NCBI GenBank assembly: GCA_030295235.1
Contig: AP026128.1
Span: 310,001-374,000, forward strand
DNA from: Fistulifera solaris
Taxonomy: Eukaryota
Direction: 5' to 3'
DNA length: 64,000 bases
The translations under genes and the position numbers were made by a program. This document shows positions 1 through 12,243 of the stretch, piece after piece (the stretch's first letter is position 1; each line of letters starts with the position of its first letter). The notes under the pieces are model-generated. The model worked only from the letters and a program-made list of their open reading frames with translations, had not been told where the DNA came from and did no database searches.

Positions 1-2
1 AA

Positions 3-896
3 TCATACAATCGGAGACTGGATTGAATGTTTCGTCGTCGTTTGTGCATAAATCCAGTCGAAGTAATAGGGTTGGAATGATATTTTTCGGGCCACGCGAA
101 TGCCTGGGCCCGATGAATCCCGCTTCAATAACCCATCAACTTGGACTTGGAGGGGTATCGTCTCCGACCCGACATGTTCGGGATGTTGGGAAGCAAACGC
201 GCAGACGGGATCGTACGATACAAAGTGTCCCGACCCATCGTGTTCCAATAAACGCCGAAAAAATTCCGAGTCTCGTTGAGTTCGCTCGAGAAATTCGGCA
301 AAGGCATCGTCTGTTGGAATAAGTTGTTCGCGACTACTCACACAGGCTGTTACGAGATAAATCTTGTCTGTCAAGTGCTTCATTTGAAGCACTGTTTGTG
401 CGGCCCTGGGATCCCAATGAAAGTTGAATTCCGGTTGTTGATGATGAGGATGATTGCCACCCATGATCCATATCGAACGTATCTTGATACTCAGGCCACA
501 TTGAGTAAACCAATGAGCTACATTCGTCAGCGGTCCCAAGCATAATAGGTTTACGCTTTTCTCGGCACTTTGCAACAGATGGTTTCGGACCATTGTCCAG
601 GCATTTGAAAAAGGAGGACTTTGGGGAAGACCCTGCGTTGCTGGCAATAAGGATGCGACCGTATTCGATCGGTACTGCTGTAGCCAATCCGGCACCGCAT
701 TTTCGTTCGGACTATCAAGTCCGATCGCAATATCGAGCGAAGGAAACAACTTTTGCAACGTATCCGCCGCGTGAGACGCCGAAAGAACACCACCGACGGT
801 CGTAAGAATGCAAGGTTGTGACAGGCATTGTATGGCCAGGAGATCATCCATACCGGCATCGGTGTCGATAATCCATGATGTTGTTGTGGTTGACAT
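3..896 (-). CDS. Inosine/uridine-preferring nucleoside hydrolase family protein
   Basis: N-terminal IIDTDAGMDD (DxDxxxDD Ca-binding motif), LGPLTN, IMGG, EFNFHWDPRAA and late YDP motifs typical of the IU-NH family; intact ATG-to-TGA ORF. Confidence 0.9.
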   Translation of the reverse strand: MSTTTTSWIIDTDAGMDDLLAIQCLSQPCILTTVGGVLSASHAADTLQKLFPSLDIAIGLDSPNENAVPDWLQQYRSNTVASLLPATQGLPQSPPFSNAWTMVRNHLLQSAEKSVNLLCLGPLTNVAHWFTQCGLSIKIRSIWIMGGNHPHHQQPEFNFHWDPRAAQTVLQMKHLTDKIYLVTACVSSREQLIPTDDAFAEFLERTQRDSEFFRRLLEHDGSGHFVSYDPVCAFASQHPEHVGSETIPLQVQVDGLLKRDSSGPGIRVARKISFQPYYFDWIYAQTTTKHSIQSPIV

Positions 897-1331
897 CTCT
901 AAAAGGAAAGTATTTTATTTCTTCGGATATACATTCGCTACTTATTATTTTATGATATGATCCGTCGTGTGAATGATGAGAGAATGATGAGGGGCAGTTC
1001 TTTATTGTGACCGCTTGTCGACTGAGGTTACGCGTTAAGTTGAAGAGGATCATCCGGCGCAACCAACTTTTAATGGTAAAACGTGTATTATGATAAAATG
1101 AAACAAGTTATACTAATCGCAATTATATAAATTCATTAGAATAGAGCAAATGTCACGCAGGCATGGCCAAACGCCATACTTTTGTGTTTCATTTGCATTC
1201 ATCTCAATCGACGCAAGCAATATTCGTCTCATTCATTGCGTTTGATTTCATCGACACAACAGAGTGCATAAATCTCTTGAGATCAAGGTGCTGTGATACG
1301 ATCATTGTAAATAGCAAAAGCACTCGCGGAG

Positions 1332-4300
1332 ATGAACACGTCGGCTTCGTCGTTTACCATGGATACTTCCGGAATTCAGAATCATGAGTACGATGATCTG
1401 GGTCTCGACAATCTATTGACCTGTTCGACCCGGTTACCCAGTGACGATGATGAAGATGAACGATACGTTCCCGAATCGTTAGCTTCATTTGTACACGCCT
1501 TTGATGCGGCCTTGGAAGAAGCGAAGCAAAACTTTTTCGAAACCATTGCGTCGCCCCGACCCGCCCTCACGGAAGAGGAAGACTGGAATCGGACTCCGTT
1601 ACCGAACCCGGCCAACCAAATTACGGTCCGTGCGGCGAAACGGGAATTGCAAATTTTCACGATACCGCGGCCGGTTGATCCGCCTTCCACGTGTACTCCA
1701 TCGAAAACCTCGTCGATGAAAGCCATCCGTCCGATGGTGGCTTCGCCGCAAGGCACTCCAGCGCGACAAAAATTGTTTGAATCTCCGGCGACGGATACAA
1801 CAATTAAACAGGATTCATCCAAAGAAATCGCCTCCAAAGGATCCACCAGTCCTACCTGGACGACGGGCATGTCCGCCGCGAGCAAACGACGGACGCAGTT
1901 TATCAAGGCACGAAAGGCATCCAAGCGAGCCACTCCGGAACCATCGACAGTCAAAAGAGACGAGACGACTTGTCTTTCCGCCATGAAAAGTTTGCGATCG
2001 AGAAGGATGAATGCGAGTCGTGCGAAAAAGCCGGAAGAGCAGAGAGAAGAGGAGAACAGTCCGGAGACAAAGGCATCGACCATGGATTCACCAAGGACCA
2101 GCACGACCGACAACAATGCAGCAGCGTCATCTATAGGCGCTGGCGTTGCAATGGGTGATTCATTGACGGATGATGATGATGATGATGACGGTACAATTAC
2201 CCACGAACCAGTTACGAAAACGACACCGTGTGACCACGTAACGGAGACTACGATGGACGACTCTGTCGCCGAGACTGCAATAGACGATTTTCGGGCGAAT
2301 CAAATGGAGGAGACACCAGTTGCTACACCTTCTGGAGACGCTGGAGACACCAATATGGTCGATTCGCCAAAGAATGGAAATGATGATAGTACGACGCGGT
2401 CCCCAGTCGCGGAATCAGCACCAGACTACTTCGACAGCACGATGCAAACCCCAGTCGCGGAAAAGCATCCAACCGACTTGAAGAGTACGATTGGCGATCC
2501 GCTGACGCTTGATGAGGTAGTAACAACGCAGTCCCCAGTTGTGACCGCGGCGCCTCCAGAAGCAGTGTCGGACGACTCGCTAGTGAGTGATGATGTTGCG
2601 ACAACGCAACCTCCCGTAGCAAAAAGGACACCATCAGAGAAAGCCGAAAGCACCTCAGAGGGCAAAGCTTCGACGGTTGTTAGTGTGACGGCACACGTTT
2701 CAGCCACGAAACGAACGCCATCCGGTCGAGCCCGGACGAGCACGAGAGTTTGTTCCTCAACAAGTACAAAGGCTGATACGCAGACTCCAGTCGCGAAACG
2801 AGTTTCACCAGAGAAAGGCATATTGGGCGGAAAGGGTTCTTCGCCGAGTGTTTCTAGGATGACACAAACACCAGTGGCGAAAGGATCGCCACCCAGAACA
2901 GCCTTACCCTACACGATAGTTCATTCTACGACGAGTGACACCGCCACGACGCATCTTTCAGTCGTGAAAAGAGCGCCGTCTGTTAACGTCAGCCGATCTG
3001 TAAGAGTCGAAAGTCGAGACAAAGAGAACCGAAATACAACTGTGTCAAACAGATTAAGGAAGCCGACGCTTGATGAGAAGATTGCGGCCGCTAGGGAACG
3101 TGCCAGGCGAAGGAACCTAGAGAAAGAAACCTTACTTGCGGAGAAAATTGCGTCAAAGTCGAAGCCATCTAAAATAGTGTCTGTTCACCCGGTGGAAAAT
3201 GATCGCCTACGTCGTCCCGCTATGAAGGTAGCACCAGTCTCCTCTAGAACTCGGGTGGTAAAACCAAGAGTTACCATACCGCAGTCACCCAACTTCGCAA
3301 CGAACTTCAAGCTTGGCACCAGAAAGCCGCCCCCTCCCGCATCTGCACAAGTCAGCCTCGCTCAAAGTACGGATGTGTTAAGAAAAAATTTGCGGAGTCA
3401 GGGATCAGTTACCAATGTCAGACGCGCTGGTCTCACTATCCCCAAAACACCCAAATTTGCAACAACTATTCGCCTCAAACCGCGCTTTATTACACCTGGA
3501 GCCAGGGCTGGTATTGTCACGCTGGCACAGAGCAATGATGTGCTTCGGAAAGGACTACGTGCTATGACGGCTCCGGTCTCTAAGCGGCCAAACGGGCTCA
3601 CTATTCCCAAATCGCCAAAATTTCAGACAATTACGAAGCGTGCACTGCCACAAAGCGCGGCGGAAAAAGACGCAGAAATTATGAACTACTACCAGTCTCA
3701 TCCTTTCAAAGCTGCTCCCATCATCAAGGAGCATCCACGGGGCAAGCCAAAAGTCATCCAAACAAGCAACCAACAGCGTCCGTCAGCTAGTGTTGCGCCT
3801 AGCTTGCGTGGCGGCAGTCGGGTTCCTATTGCGACTCGCCCGCCACAAGCATCAAGCAAAGAAGACACCGAGAACACTCAGTTCAAGTTTCAAGCACGTC
3901 CTATGCCAGATTTCTTTCGGCACAGTACCAGCATCATCAAAGCTTCGAGCAAGAAGCCCCAAACAGAACCTATCCCATTTCGTTTGTCGCCATGTTTTAC
4001 TAGTCCAGGAAAGACCCGTGATAGATCAGAGGAAGTAAACGAAACGCATTTTCGTGCGCGACCTTTACCGAAAACTACGTACGAGTATCAGCCTCCTCCA
4101 AAAACTCCACCTCGCGTAACGATTGACGCAAAAGCCCCAGATCTCGCTACAGCGAAACGAACTGTCAAGCATGATGCAGTTATTCAATTATCTCGGGCTC
4201 GCGCAGAAGCGTTGTCTACTGAAAAGGCAGTGTTGCAAGAGGCGCGAAAACGCGAGCAGCATAAAGAAGCTTTGAAAAAGTCTGAACTTGTGAGCCATCG

Positions 4301-4884
4301 CATCATTCCGAATATCGAGAATATCAAGCCTTTCGAGTTGCAAAGTACAAAGCGACACGAAATATATAAAAAAGCAACAAGAGGAGAAGAAAAGGCGAGA
4401 GGAAGAAGAACGTCTTAAGCAGATGGAATTTCATGCGCGCTCATTTCACCCTTCACCCGCCCCATCACCAATTCAATCGCCGAGAACTCCGACGCAACCG
4501 GAACCGTTTAAGATATCGGGGATGAACTCTGTCGAGGCCGAAAAGGCGGCGGCTAGGGAAAAATTGCGACGAAAAGAGGAGGAAAGAAAGTCTAAAGAGC
4601 GAATATCGCCATTTAAAGCAAGGCCCGTCCCTTCCAGTACCTATACTTCACCGTCGAGTTTAGCGTCTCGGGCATCGCCCCAAGTCTCGTTTCGAGCATG
4701 CCGAACACCAACGCGCGCTTCACCAGCACAGTCCTCCTGTTACAATGATTCCCCGAGTGACCTATCTGATTCTCGTGACGTGAATGATGATGAAATTGAG
4801 ATTGAGTTCACGGAATCTGACGCGCGAGACACGGAAATCGACCATTTCTTCACCAACTTGATGAATGCTGAACGTCGTAGATAA
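1332..4884 (+). CDS. TPX2-like microtubule-associated protein (long disordered N-terminus; one apparent frameshift near 4370)
   Basis: Repeated VTIPQSPNF/LTIPKTPKF/LTIPKSPKF, FKAAP/FQARPMP/FRARPLP/FKARPVP and TQPEPF motifs. The alternative frame after the A-run near 4370 reads QQEEKKRREEEERLKQMEFHAR and joins ORF 4423..4884. Confidence 0.7.
2169..2189 (+). repeat. (GAT)n microsatellite encoding poly-Asp
   Basis: gatgatgatgatgatgatgac within the TPX2-like ORF (DDDDDDD). Confidence 0.85.
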
Positions 4885-4894
4885 AACTGTGATG

Positions 4895-5833
4895 CTACTT
4901 AAAGTAACAAAATAATCGACTTGCGTCATACTCGGATTTGTATTTCATGATCACTCCCTCCTTGACTAACTTGGTATCCGGTACATTCTCATCGGGATGT
5001 ACGGTCACAAACATCATGCGATCGAAACGACGCAGTTTGCGCTGGATTCCTTCTTCGGCCCAGCGGTGGAGCAGGAATTTCTCTGGATTATATCTGGGGC
5101 GGGAAAGTTGTTTCGCATAGGATTTCGGCTTTTGTAACACCGGGGGTAGTATATTGAGTACATCCAGAATATCCTGACGGCTGGCAACGACATGCCGATC
5201 CGTTACCCCTTGAAAATCTTCGCCACGAGGGACCCAGACGTAGGCGGGGTTCAACGTCCTAAGATCGTGTTGGCACAGATAAAAATGATCCGATCGCGTC
5301 ACGACGAATCGATCGTATTGGGTAGTCAGTTTTTGGAGCTGTTGCGCTAAAAAGTATCGCAACGAAAAGATCATGGCGCCGTGACCGGGAATGTTTCCAA
5401 TGCCTCCCAAGATTGTGTTCAAACCACCATTACCGTCCTTATAAATATCAAACAAAGGTTTTCGCCAGGAGTTACTGTTGCCATTCATTACATCGAGTGC
5501 TTTCGTCCAGTCTTTGTAGTCGGGAATCTGCCACACGTATTTGGCTCTCGCAAACAATGAAGCATTTTGGTACAGAGGAGGAATGTCCTCAAACGTGAGA
5601 ACGGCCAAATCGGCCCCATTGACATCCAGAACATTTTCATACAACGACTGCCAGGCTTTCTCATCTCCACGAATCCGTCCCATGACCGTGACGAGTGTTT
5701 TGCCGTGCCGAGTACTGGCTGGTAAATGGGGTGCTCGTCGTGTGTTGTTCCAAAGGACCCCCGAGGAGAGGAGCAGCACTATGATCCATGTGCGACATCG
5801 ATAGCGGCCAGCCGATGAGATGATACGTTTCAT
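4895..5833 (-). CDS. Type II membrane protein, putative glycosyltransferase-like
   Basis: N-terminal hydrophobic anchor (WIIVLLLSSGVLW) followed by a globular domain with YDRFVVTRSD...GEDFQGVTDRH; first ATG at 5833. Function is inferred only. Confidence 0.55.
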   Translation of the reverse strand: MKRIISSAGRYRCRTWIIVLLLSSGVLWNNTRRAPHLPASTRHGKTLVTVMGRIRGDEKAWQSLYENVLDVNGADLAVLTFEDIPPLYQNASLFARAKYVWQIPDYKDWTKALDVMNGNSNSWRKPLFDIYKDGNGGLNTILGGIGNIPGHGAMIFSLRYFLAQQLQKLTTQYDRFVVTRSDHFYLCQHDLRTLNPAYVWVPRGEDFQGVTDRHVVASRQDILDVLNILPPVLQKPKSYAKQLSRPRYNPEKFLLHRWAEEGIQRKLRRFDRMMFVTVHPDENVPDTKLVKEGVIMKYKSEYDASRLFCYFK

Positions 5834-6153
5834 AGCGGAGAACAAGTGTCTTCAGTCGTCACTTTGCTTTTGAATGTGTGTCTTCTCGTCGTTAGGATGA
5901 TGTCGTCATGGTCATAATTCTTGATTCCATCATTCGGTGGCAAAAACGAAAAAACCGCGAACCTGCGTGTCGCAGTGTGACCATAGGCAGTACCGTAACC
6001 TCGACCAGTATAGAAATTTAAGATGAATAGAAACATCCAGACCCGTAGCATAAAATAAGGACAGGCGTGCGAGAGCGCCAGTCGAGCCATTCATCCACTT
6101 TTTTGTCATCGATCGTTGTCACACAATGCCAGTCAACAACCACCAAAGCTACC

Positions 6154-8059
6154 ATGAAGGCATCGGTGCAAATCTTCGACGACGATCTATTAGAGGATTC
6201 CCGGGAATGGAAGGAGACGAAAGCTTGTCTCGAATCGCATCTTCCCCGCTATCGCGCTATCTGGATGGCTTACGCGAACCGTGAAGAGAATGTGGCGTAC
6301 GAAGCCGATGATGAAATGGTGGTGTGTTGCAACAAACAGAATTGTTCTTGCGGAATATCGTCGTTTCTTCCTCCAGAGCTGTTGGTCGTTACCAACCAGG
6401 AAAGTCCCGATGCTCTATCGGAATGGGAAGAGGCGTCGCGAGCGAGCGCGGCAGAATCATCATCCTCGAGTTCGGAGGATACGGAATCGTCGGGTGGCAG
6501 CACCTGTGTGGCTTTTGACGTTTCATTCCTTCCTTCGCCGACTGGTTCATCGCATACGAATAACAATCTCTCACATTCGAAACCAACCAAAACGGACGTG
6601 CTAGAGCTACTGGATTCCAGCCTTAGTGATGAATACAGCGACAAAGAAAACGCTTTCGCCGGAGGTCCATTCAACATTCCACAAAAGCCAGAGATCATCG
6701 TCATTGATTCAGACGATGAACCAGTTTTACAGCCATCAAAGCATGTGCAAAGCAATAACGGACTGGCTTATCATCAACAGTCGTTTAATGACAGCAGCTG
6801 CAGTGAGATCGAGTACGAATCAGAGAAGAAAAAGGTTGCTGATAGTATGGGGGCAAACATCGCAGACGTGTTGCAGTCGACTCTTCGGACGACGATAGCA
6901 TTTCGTCACCAGCGATGAAACAATCGCTTTCCGGAAAGTCTTCGCGTATAAACAAATTTATTGTTGACAGCGATGATGAGGATGACGATGACAGCCGTCG
7001 AGATACCTATGATGAAAGACAAGCGAATGAGTTACTGGCAAAGATCAAGTCTTTGAGCTTACGGGAGTCGAAGGAGAAGGCGAGCTATGACGATACGTGC
7101 CGTAAAAATACTTTTCGTAAAATGAAATATGATCTCATCGATAGTGACGATGAAGAAGCAGATACCTCGAGTACTACTTCACACAAGGAGACCCGTGCAG
7201 ATGCCGTTCGAAAAGGAGCAAAAGCAAAGCCCGCAGAAGCAGGGATTCGTTTATTGTCGATTCAGATGAGGAGAATTACAGTAATGACAGCGACGTATTC
7301 AGTGATGGTAATGACAATGCCTCTTCTTTCGACTTTCGACACGACAAAGATCGCAAGCTGAACAACAGTGATAAAAGGGCCAAATCTACTTTTCGTCGCA
7401 CGCGGGAACAGTTAGCTCAGGATTATTTCGTGGAGTTTGATAGAAAGGTGTTTGATGGAAAATTGTCGGCAAACACGAGAGTCGTCTGGTCAAACAAGCT
7501 GCGAACAACGGCTGGTTTGACTCGCCTCAAAGCACAACGTCGCGGTGATGAAATTATTGGGCGCTCTGCCGTGGTTGAGTTAAGCACAAAAGTTCTCGAA
7601 GATAGTCAACGACTCCGTGCCACGTTACTGCATGAGCTTTGTCATGCCGCCCAGTGGTTGGAAGATGGCGTTTCAAAACCGCCCCACGGTGATATCTTCA
7701 AGAAATGGGCGAAACTGGCAACACGTCGGATGCCCGATATCCCTGTGACCGTCAAACACGACTACGAGATCTCGTTCAAATACACCTGGAAGTGTGTGCA
7801 GTGCCATGGTTTGTTGAAACGACACAGTCGGAGTGTCAATGTTCAAAAGCATGTCTGCGGACGCTGCCAGGGTCGACTCGTCGAAGTGGAGGCCGACGGA
7901 ACGAAGAAAGCACGTCCTCCTTCCGCTTACAATCAGTTCATCAAGGACAACTCCGCCGACGTTCGACGCGAGCTGGAGAAAAGACAAATGGAGAAAGTCA
8001 CGCAAGCGCAAGTCTTGAAGCATTGTGCTCGACTTTGGAAGGAACAGAGTCAGAGCTAA
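6154..8059 (+). CDS. GCNA: GCNA/ACRC-like SprT metalloprotease (acidic IDR + SprT + Zn ribbon + HMG-like box); two apparent frameshifts
   Basis: WSNKLRTTAG, LSTKVL, TLLHELCHAA (HExxH), PPHGDIFKKW, CxxC...CxxC and C-terminal PSAYNQFIKDN...LW. Acidic N-terminus with repeated [IV]xDSDDE motifs. Frames rejoin near 6850 (G-run) and near 7230. Confidence 0.8.
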
Positions 8060-8247
8060 TACTCACATAAATACTAGAACTGACTTGACAAAGTGTAAAT
8101 GAACACAGGATATTGTGCCATACTTTCACTAAGCGTCTTACGTTCAACATAGTATCGTATTGAAGCAGATAATAAAAGCCGATCGTACTGTGAAGCTCTT
8201 TGATCATGCAATCAATAAATTTAACACAACAATACACAAGGAAAGAC

Positions 8248-9008
8248 TTAATCGACTCGTTGCTCCTCCATATCTGTGGCACGAATCGCCGTTCCTTTTA
8301 AAACATTGGTTTGGGTGACCGTGACGGTACCATCCGGATTGTGCGTTCGTTCGTAGGTCACTTCTTGCGTTTCCGGCGGCGGACGAGGTTCCCGTACCGG
8401 TCGACCTAAAATGAGCATGGTCGCTCCCGCGAGGAACCACAAGACAATCCCAAACACGTTGGCGGTCGCACCACTGTTCCACTGACAACTACCGTAATCC
8501 TCCCCTTCCAGGGAGATTGGCGATTTGTTCGAGCACAAGTCACTGCGGAGCATGAAAAATGTGAGTCCCTGAAAGAGCGGTAAAATCACCATAAAAAGAC
8601 CCGCCAGTTGGTTCCAGCTCGTTTGGCTCAGTCGATGACAGAGCGAACCAAAGATCGCTGCGAGAATGGCGAATCCACCGATCAGGAGTGTGAGGCACCC
8701 AAACGCCCGGGCCGTCTTCCATGCTGCGTCATAGTCCAGGTCGTCATGATAAAAGCAACCCACTTTCGTGCGATAATTGTTGCTGGGGAATTCCTCGACA
8801 TAATATCGTTTCTCCGTGAAAAGACTGAATTCGACCGTGGGTAAACTGGAGTCGTTCGTGGGTTCCATTTGCACCGATTCGCAATAAAACGTAAAGAGAG
8901 CGGAGCAACCAAATGCGGCCACCGCCAGTAGAATGGGGAAACTGAATAATAGTGAACGTAGTGAAAGTAAGGAACGAACCCAGAACGCTTTATTCCTTCG
9001 GATCGCAT
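8248..9008 (-). CDS. Claudin/PMP22-like four-TM membrane protein, paralog A (5' end uncertain)
   Basis: Four hydrophobic segments, Cys-containing loops and WKTARAFG motif; highly similar to 9478..10248. The start at 9008 needs a frameshift or an intron. Confidence 0.6.
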
Positions 9009-9477
9009 CACGATTGACTTACAATGTCTTGACGACTGCGGAGAACATGCTGGAATATTGAATAGTCCTCTCACCGATAGGCTTTCTGGTTTATCTAGGT
9101 AATAGGAAAACACAACAGAATGGAAGTTGTTTGAATGATTCTTCTATTACAAAGGAACAAGAACACGAAGCATCACAATAATTATACGGGCGCGGCGCGC
9201 CAAGATAGAAATGTCTTTTAGGCGGTCAGAGTTTCTTGAAAAGCGCACGCGTTCTCATCGCGCTTTTTGGAGCTCGTGATGAAAGTAATGAGTAATGATT
9301 CATTCGTGTAACCTTACCGATAATGAATTCGCTTCCAGGCGGGTTGAACACATAACAATGATACGGCGTACAATAAAACTTGGTCCAACTCTCGAACACT
9401 CATCATTTGTAATGAAACATTGTATTCTAATTCACTTTAAACAACAAGTAGTAACAGATCGAGACTTAAGAGCAACC

Positions 9478-10248
9478 TCAATATGAAGGCTGTTCCTCCG
9501 AGGAGTCGGCGACGGCGTTTCCCTTCACAACATCGACTTCATTGACACCTCCGTTTTCCCTTTGCTCGTAGGTGACTTCTTGCGTTTCAGCTGGTTTATT
9601 GGATGTTTCACGGACGGGCGCGCCCGCGAACAGCATGGCGGCACCCGCGAGGAACCAAAGGATAACACCACACACATTCGCCGTCGAGCCACCATTCCAC
9701 TGACAGCCACCGTAATCACCTTCCATGAAATCAAAGATTTGAGAATTTTCCGAACAAAGTTCGCTCCGCAGCATTAAAAAGGTCAGTCCTTGGAATAACG
9801 GTAGAATGACCATATACAGCCCCGCCATTGCTTTCCACATCGATTCACTGATGGGATAACAGAACGGCCCAAAGATCGATGCAATAATGGCCAGTCCACC
9901 AAGAACGACCGTCAGGACACCAAACGCGCGGGCCGTTTTCCATTTCGAGTCGAACGGATAGTCTTCATCGAAGTAAAAGCAGCCCGCTTTGACTTTGTAG
10001 TTGTTATCGGGGAACTCCTGAATGTAATATCGTTTGGTGGTGTAGAGACCGAATTCGACCGTCGGCAAACTCGCGTCGGTCGACTCGACTTGGACGGACT
10101 CGCAGAAAAAGGTAAAGAGCGCCGAACACGTGCAGGCGGCGACCGCGAAAATGGCCGGAAAACTGGAAGACAAGGTGAGCGAAATCGAACGATACTGCAA
10201 TTGTCTTGCGACAGCTCTCACTTACACTACTTTGGCGTCGTTACACAT
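9478..10248 (-). CDS. Claudin/PMP22-like four-TM membrane protein, paralog B
   Basis: Same architecture as paralog A (CESVQ, LPTVEF, WKTARAFG, LPLFQGLTF, ETQEVTYE shared). Probable short exon MCNDAKSS plus a GTAAGT...CAG intron at about 10164-10226. Confidence 0.65.
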
Positions 10249-11292
10249 GATTGCACAATGGATGATGGCAAATGGATGATTGACTGTTTGCTTTTATGTT
10301 GCTTGTCGTTGCATTTGCCATGAAGGCACACGGCGAAAACGAACGGTACCTGGTATCTTCACCAAAAGCTCAAAGATCTACTTTAAGTACTATGGCGGGA
10401 GAAGTAGTTATGACAATGAGAACCCTAAGGCCAAGTGCACGATTTCGTGGTGATCGGAGTCGCGATTGTTCTTCATTCTCAAAAGTGATACCAAGTGATA
10501 CATTACTCTATGTATTTTATGTAGCCAACGGATGTTCTGTGCCAATGTTGCACACATTGTGATGCGTGTACAAGCTCAAGTACTGTTTGTATCATAATAT
10601 CTACGTCACTTTGTCCTTTATTATTTCAACGAGCCGGTAGCTTTTCGTCGGCGTAAAGCCCAACAACATCCCATCGCTGCTTTGCCATCATTATTGTGAA
10701 AAGCTTGTGTTTCGTGCTATTTGTTTGTTGTCGCCATTTTATTCGTTTTCGGTGATCGTATCGTGACTGAAAGTTCAGCCGTGGTCTCTGTCGCGCAACC
10801 AACACTTTGACTCTATAGTGACCCTAGCAATCAACGAGCCGATAGCTTTTCGCGTTGCGTAAAACCTGCGTTCCAAGTTCCAAATGAAGATCAGTCTTTG
10901 ATTAACAAACCTCGTTGTCTCTTGTCAATTTCCTCTATTGATTTTCAATACAGGCAATACCGTCCCTAAACCTCAACCCTCATCAGCGCATCATTAAATT
11001 TTCGCTTTGCTAATTGCTAAGGCTTCGAACGAGGGGGGAGCGAAGAGCGGTAAAAAGCAAAAAAAATTAAGTGCTCATTTTCCCACCAAAAGCCAGAAGT
11101 ATTGGGACAACGCTTTCGGCACTATAGATAGTGACTGGGGACAATATATGACACTTATTTGTCTTCTTGTCGATTTGGGATATTCATTTCAGGTATATGA
11201 CGATAAAGCTAGAGGTCATTTTCAAGTTCTATTGTCAATGTATTCATCATGTTTTCTGCTTTCATAGTGCAGCAGATAAATCGCAGTTCAAT

Positions 11293-12243
11293 TTAGGGCA
11301 CGTCACAATCACCTGCTTCTGCGGACGGTTTCTTCGCTTGACGCAGGAGATCCATGTCTTCCTCGCTCAGTTCAAATGAGAAAAGATCCATGTTTGACAG
11401 TATATGATCTATGTTGTTGCTTTTGGGTATAACGCCACCGATGAAGCTGCCCTCTTGTAATGCTTGTTGCACAATGAACCTCAAGGAAACCTGTGCTCCC
11501 GTGACGTTATACCGCTGGGCTATTTCGCTCACTAATTTTCCCGTAATCAAAGAGTCCTCGGGCTCGTACTGGCAGGGTCCGCACAACGGGCTAAATGACA
11601 TGAAGGTTATGTTGTTCGCGCGACACTTTTCCATGACGCCATCGACATCTCCCGATCCCACATGATATTCCACTTGATTGATGCTGGGCATGACCGTAGC
11701 GATCTCCAGTATATCATCAATATGCTGAGGACAGTAATGACTGATACCGATCGATCGGGCTTTGCCGGTGTAATAGATCTCTTCCAGAGCTCTCCATTCT
11801 TCTTGTCGCCTTTCCTTTGATGCTTTCGTTGCCTCCCAATCGGCCGGAAAATGTGTCATCAAGTGATCGACGTATTCAATGTTGAGTTGAAATAAATTGT
11901 GATGATGCGCCGCCCGTACTTCATCAAAGGTTAAACCACCGGGCACTTTGGTCAAGACGAACAAATCGGATCGATGGCCCGTATAACAATCGTGAATCGC
12001 CCGGCTCACTCCCACCTGGTTTCCGTAGCCGTACGCTGTATCCACAAACGTTAACCCGGCTCGAAAGGCTTTGCACAAGGAATCGTACGCTGTAGTGTCA
12101 TTGTATTGCCACGTTCCGGCTCCGACCAGCGGCATTTTGACCGCATGTCCGTGGACGTCGTAGCCAATCGTTATACGAGGGATTTCGGTGTAGTTGCTGC
12201 TCACGGGAATCACTAAAGCCATGAAAGCGACTAGATATTTCAT
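11293..12243 (-). CDS. Aldo/keto reductase with N-terminal signal peptide
   Basis: MPLVGAGTW, DTAYGYGN, LFVLTKV, HFP, ARSIGISHY, INQVEYH and VIPKS motifs; hydrophobic leader MKYLVAFMALVIPVSS. Confidence 0.92.
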   Translation of the reverse strand: MKYLVAFMALVIPVSSNYTEIPRITIGYDVHGHAVKMPLVGAGTWQYNDTTAYDSLCKAFRAGLTFVDTAYGYGNQVGVSRAIHDCYTGHRSDLFVLTKVPGGLTFDEVRAAHHHNLFQLNIEYVDHLMTHFPADWEATKASKERRQEEWRALEEIYYTGKARSIGISHYCPQHIDDILEIATVMPSINQVEYHVGSGDVDGVMEKCRANNITFMSFSPLCGPCQYEPEDSLITGKLVSEIAQRYNVTGAQVSLRFIVQQALQEGSFIGGVIPKSNNIDHILSNMDLFSFELSEEDMDLLRQAKKPSAEAGDCDVP

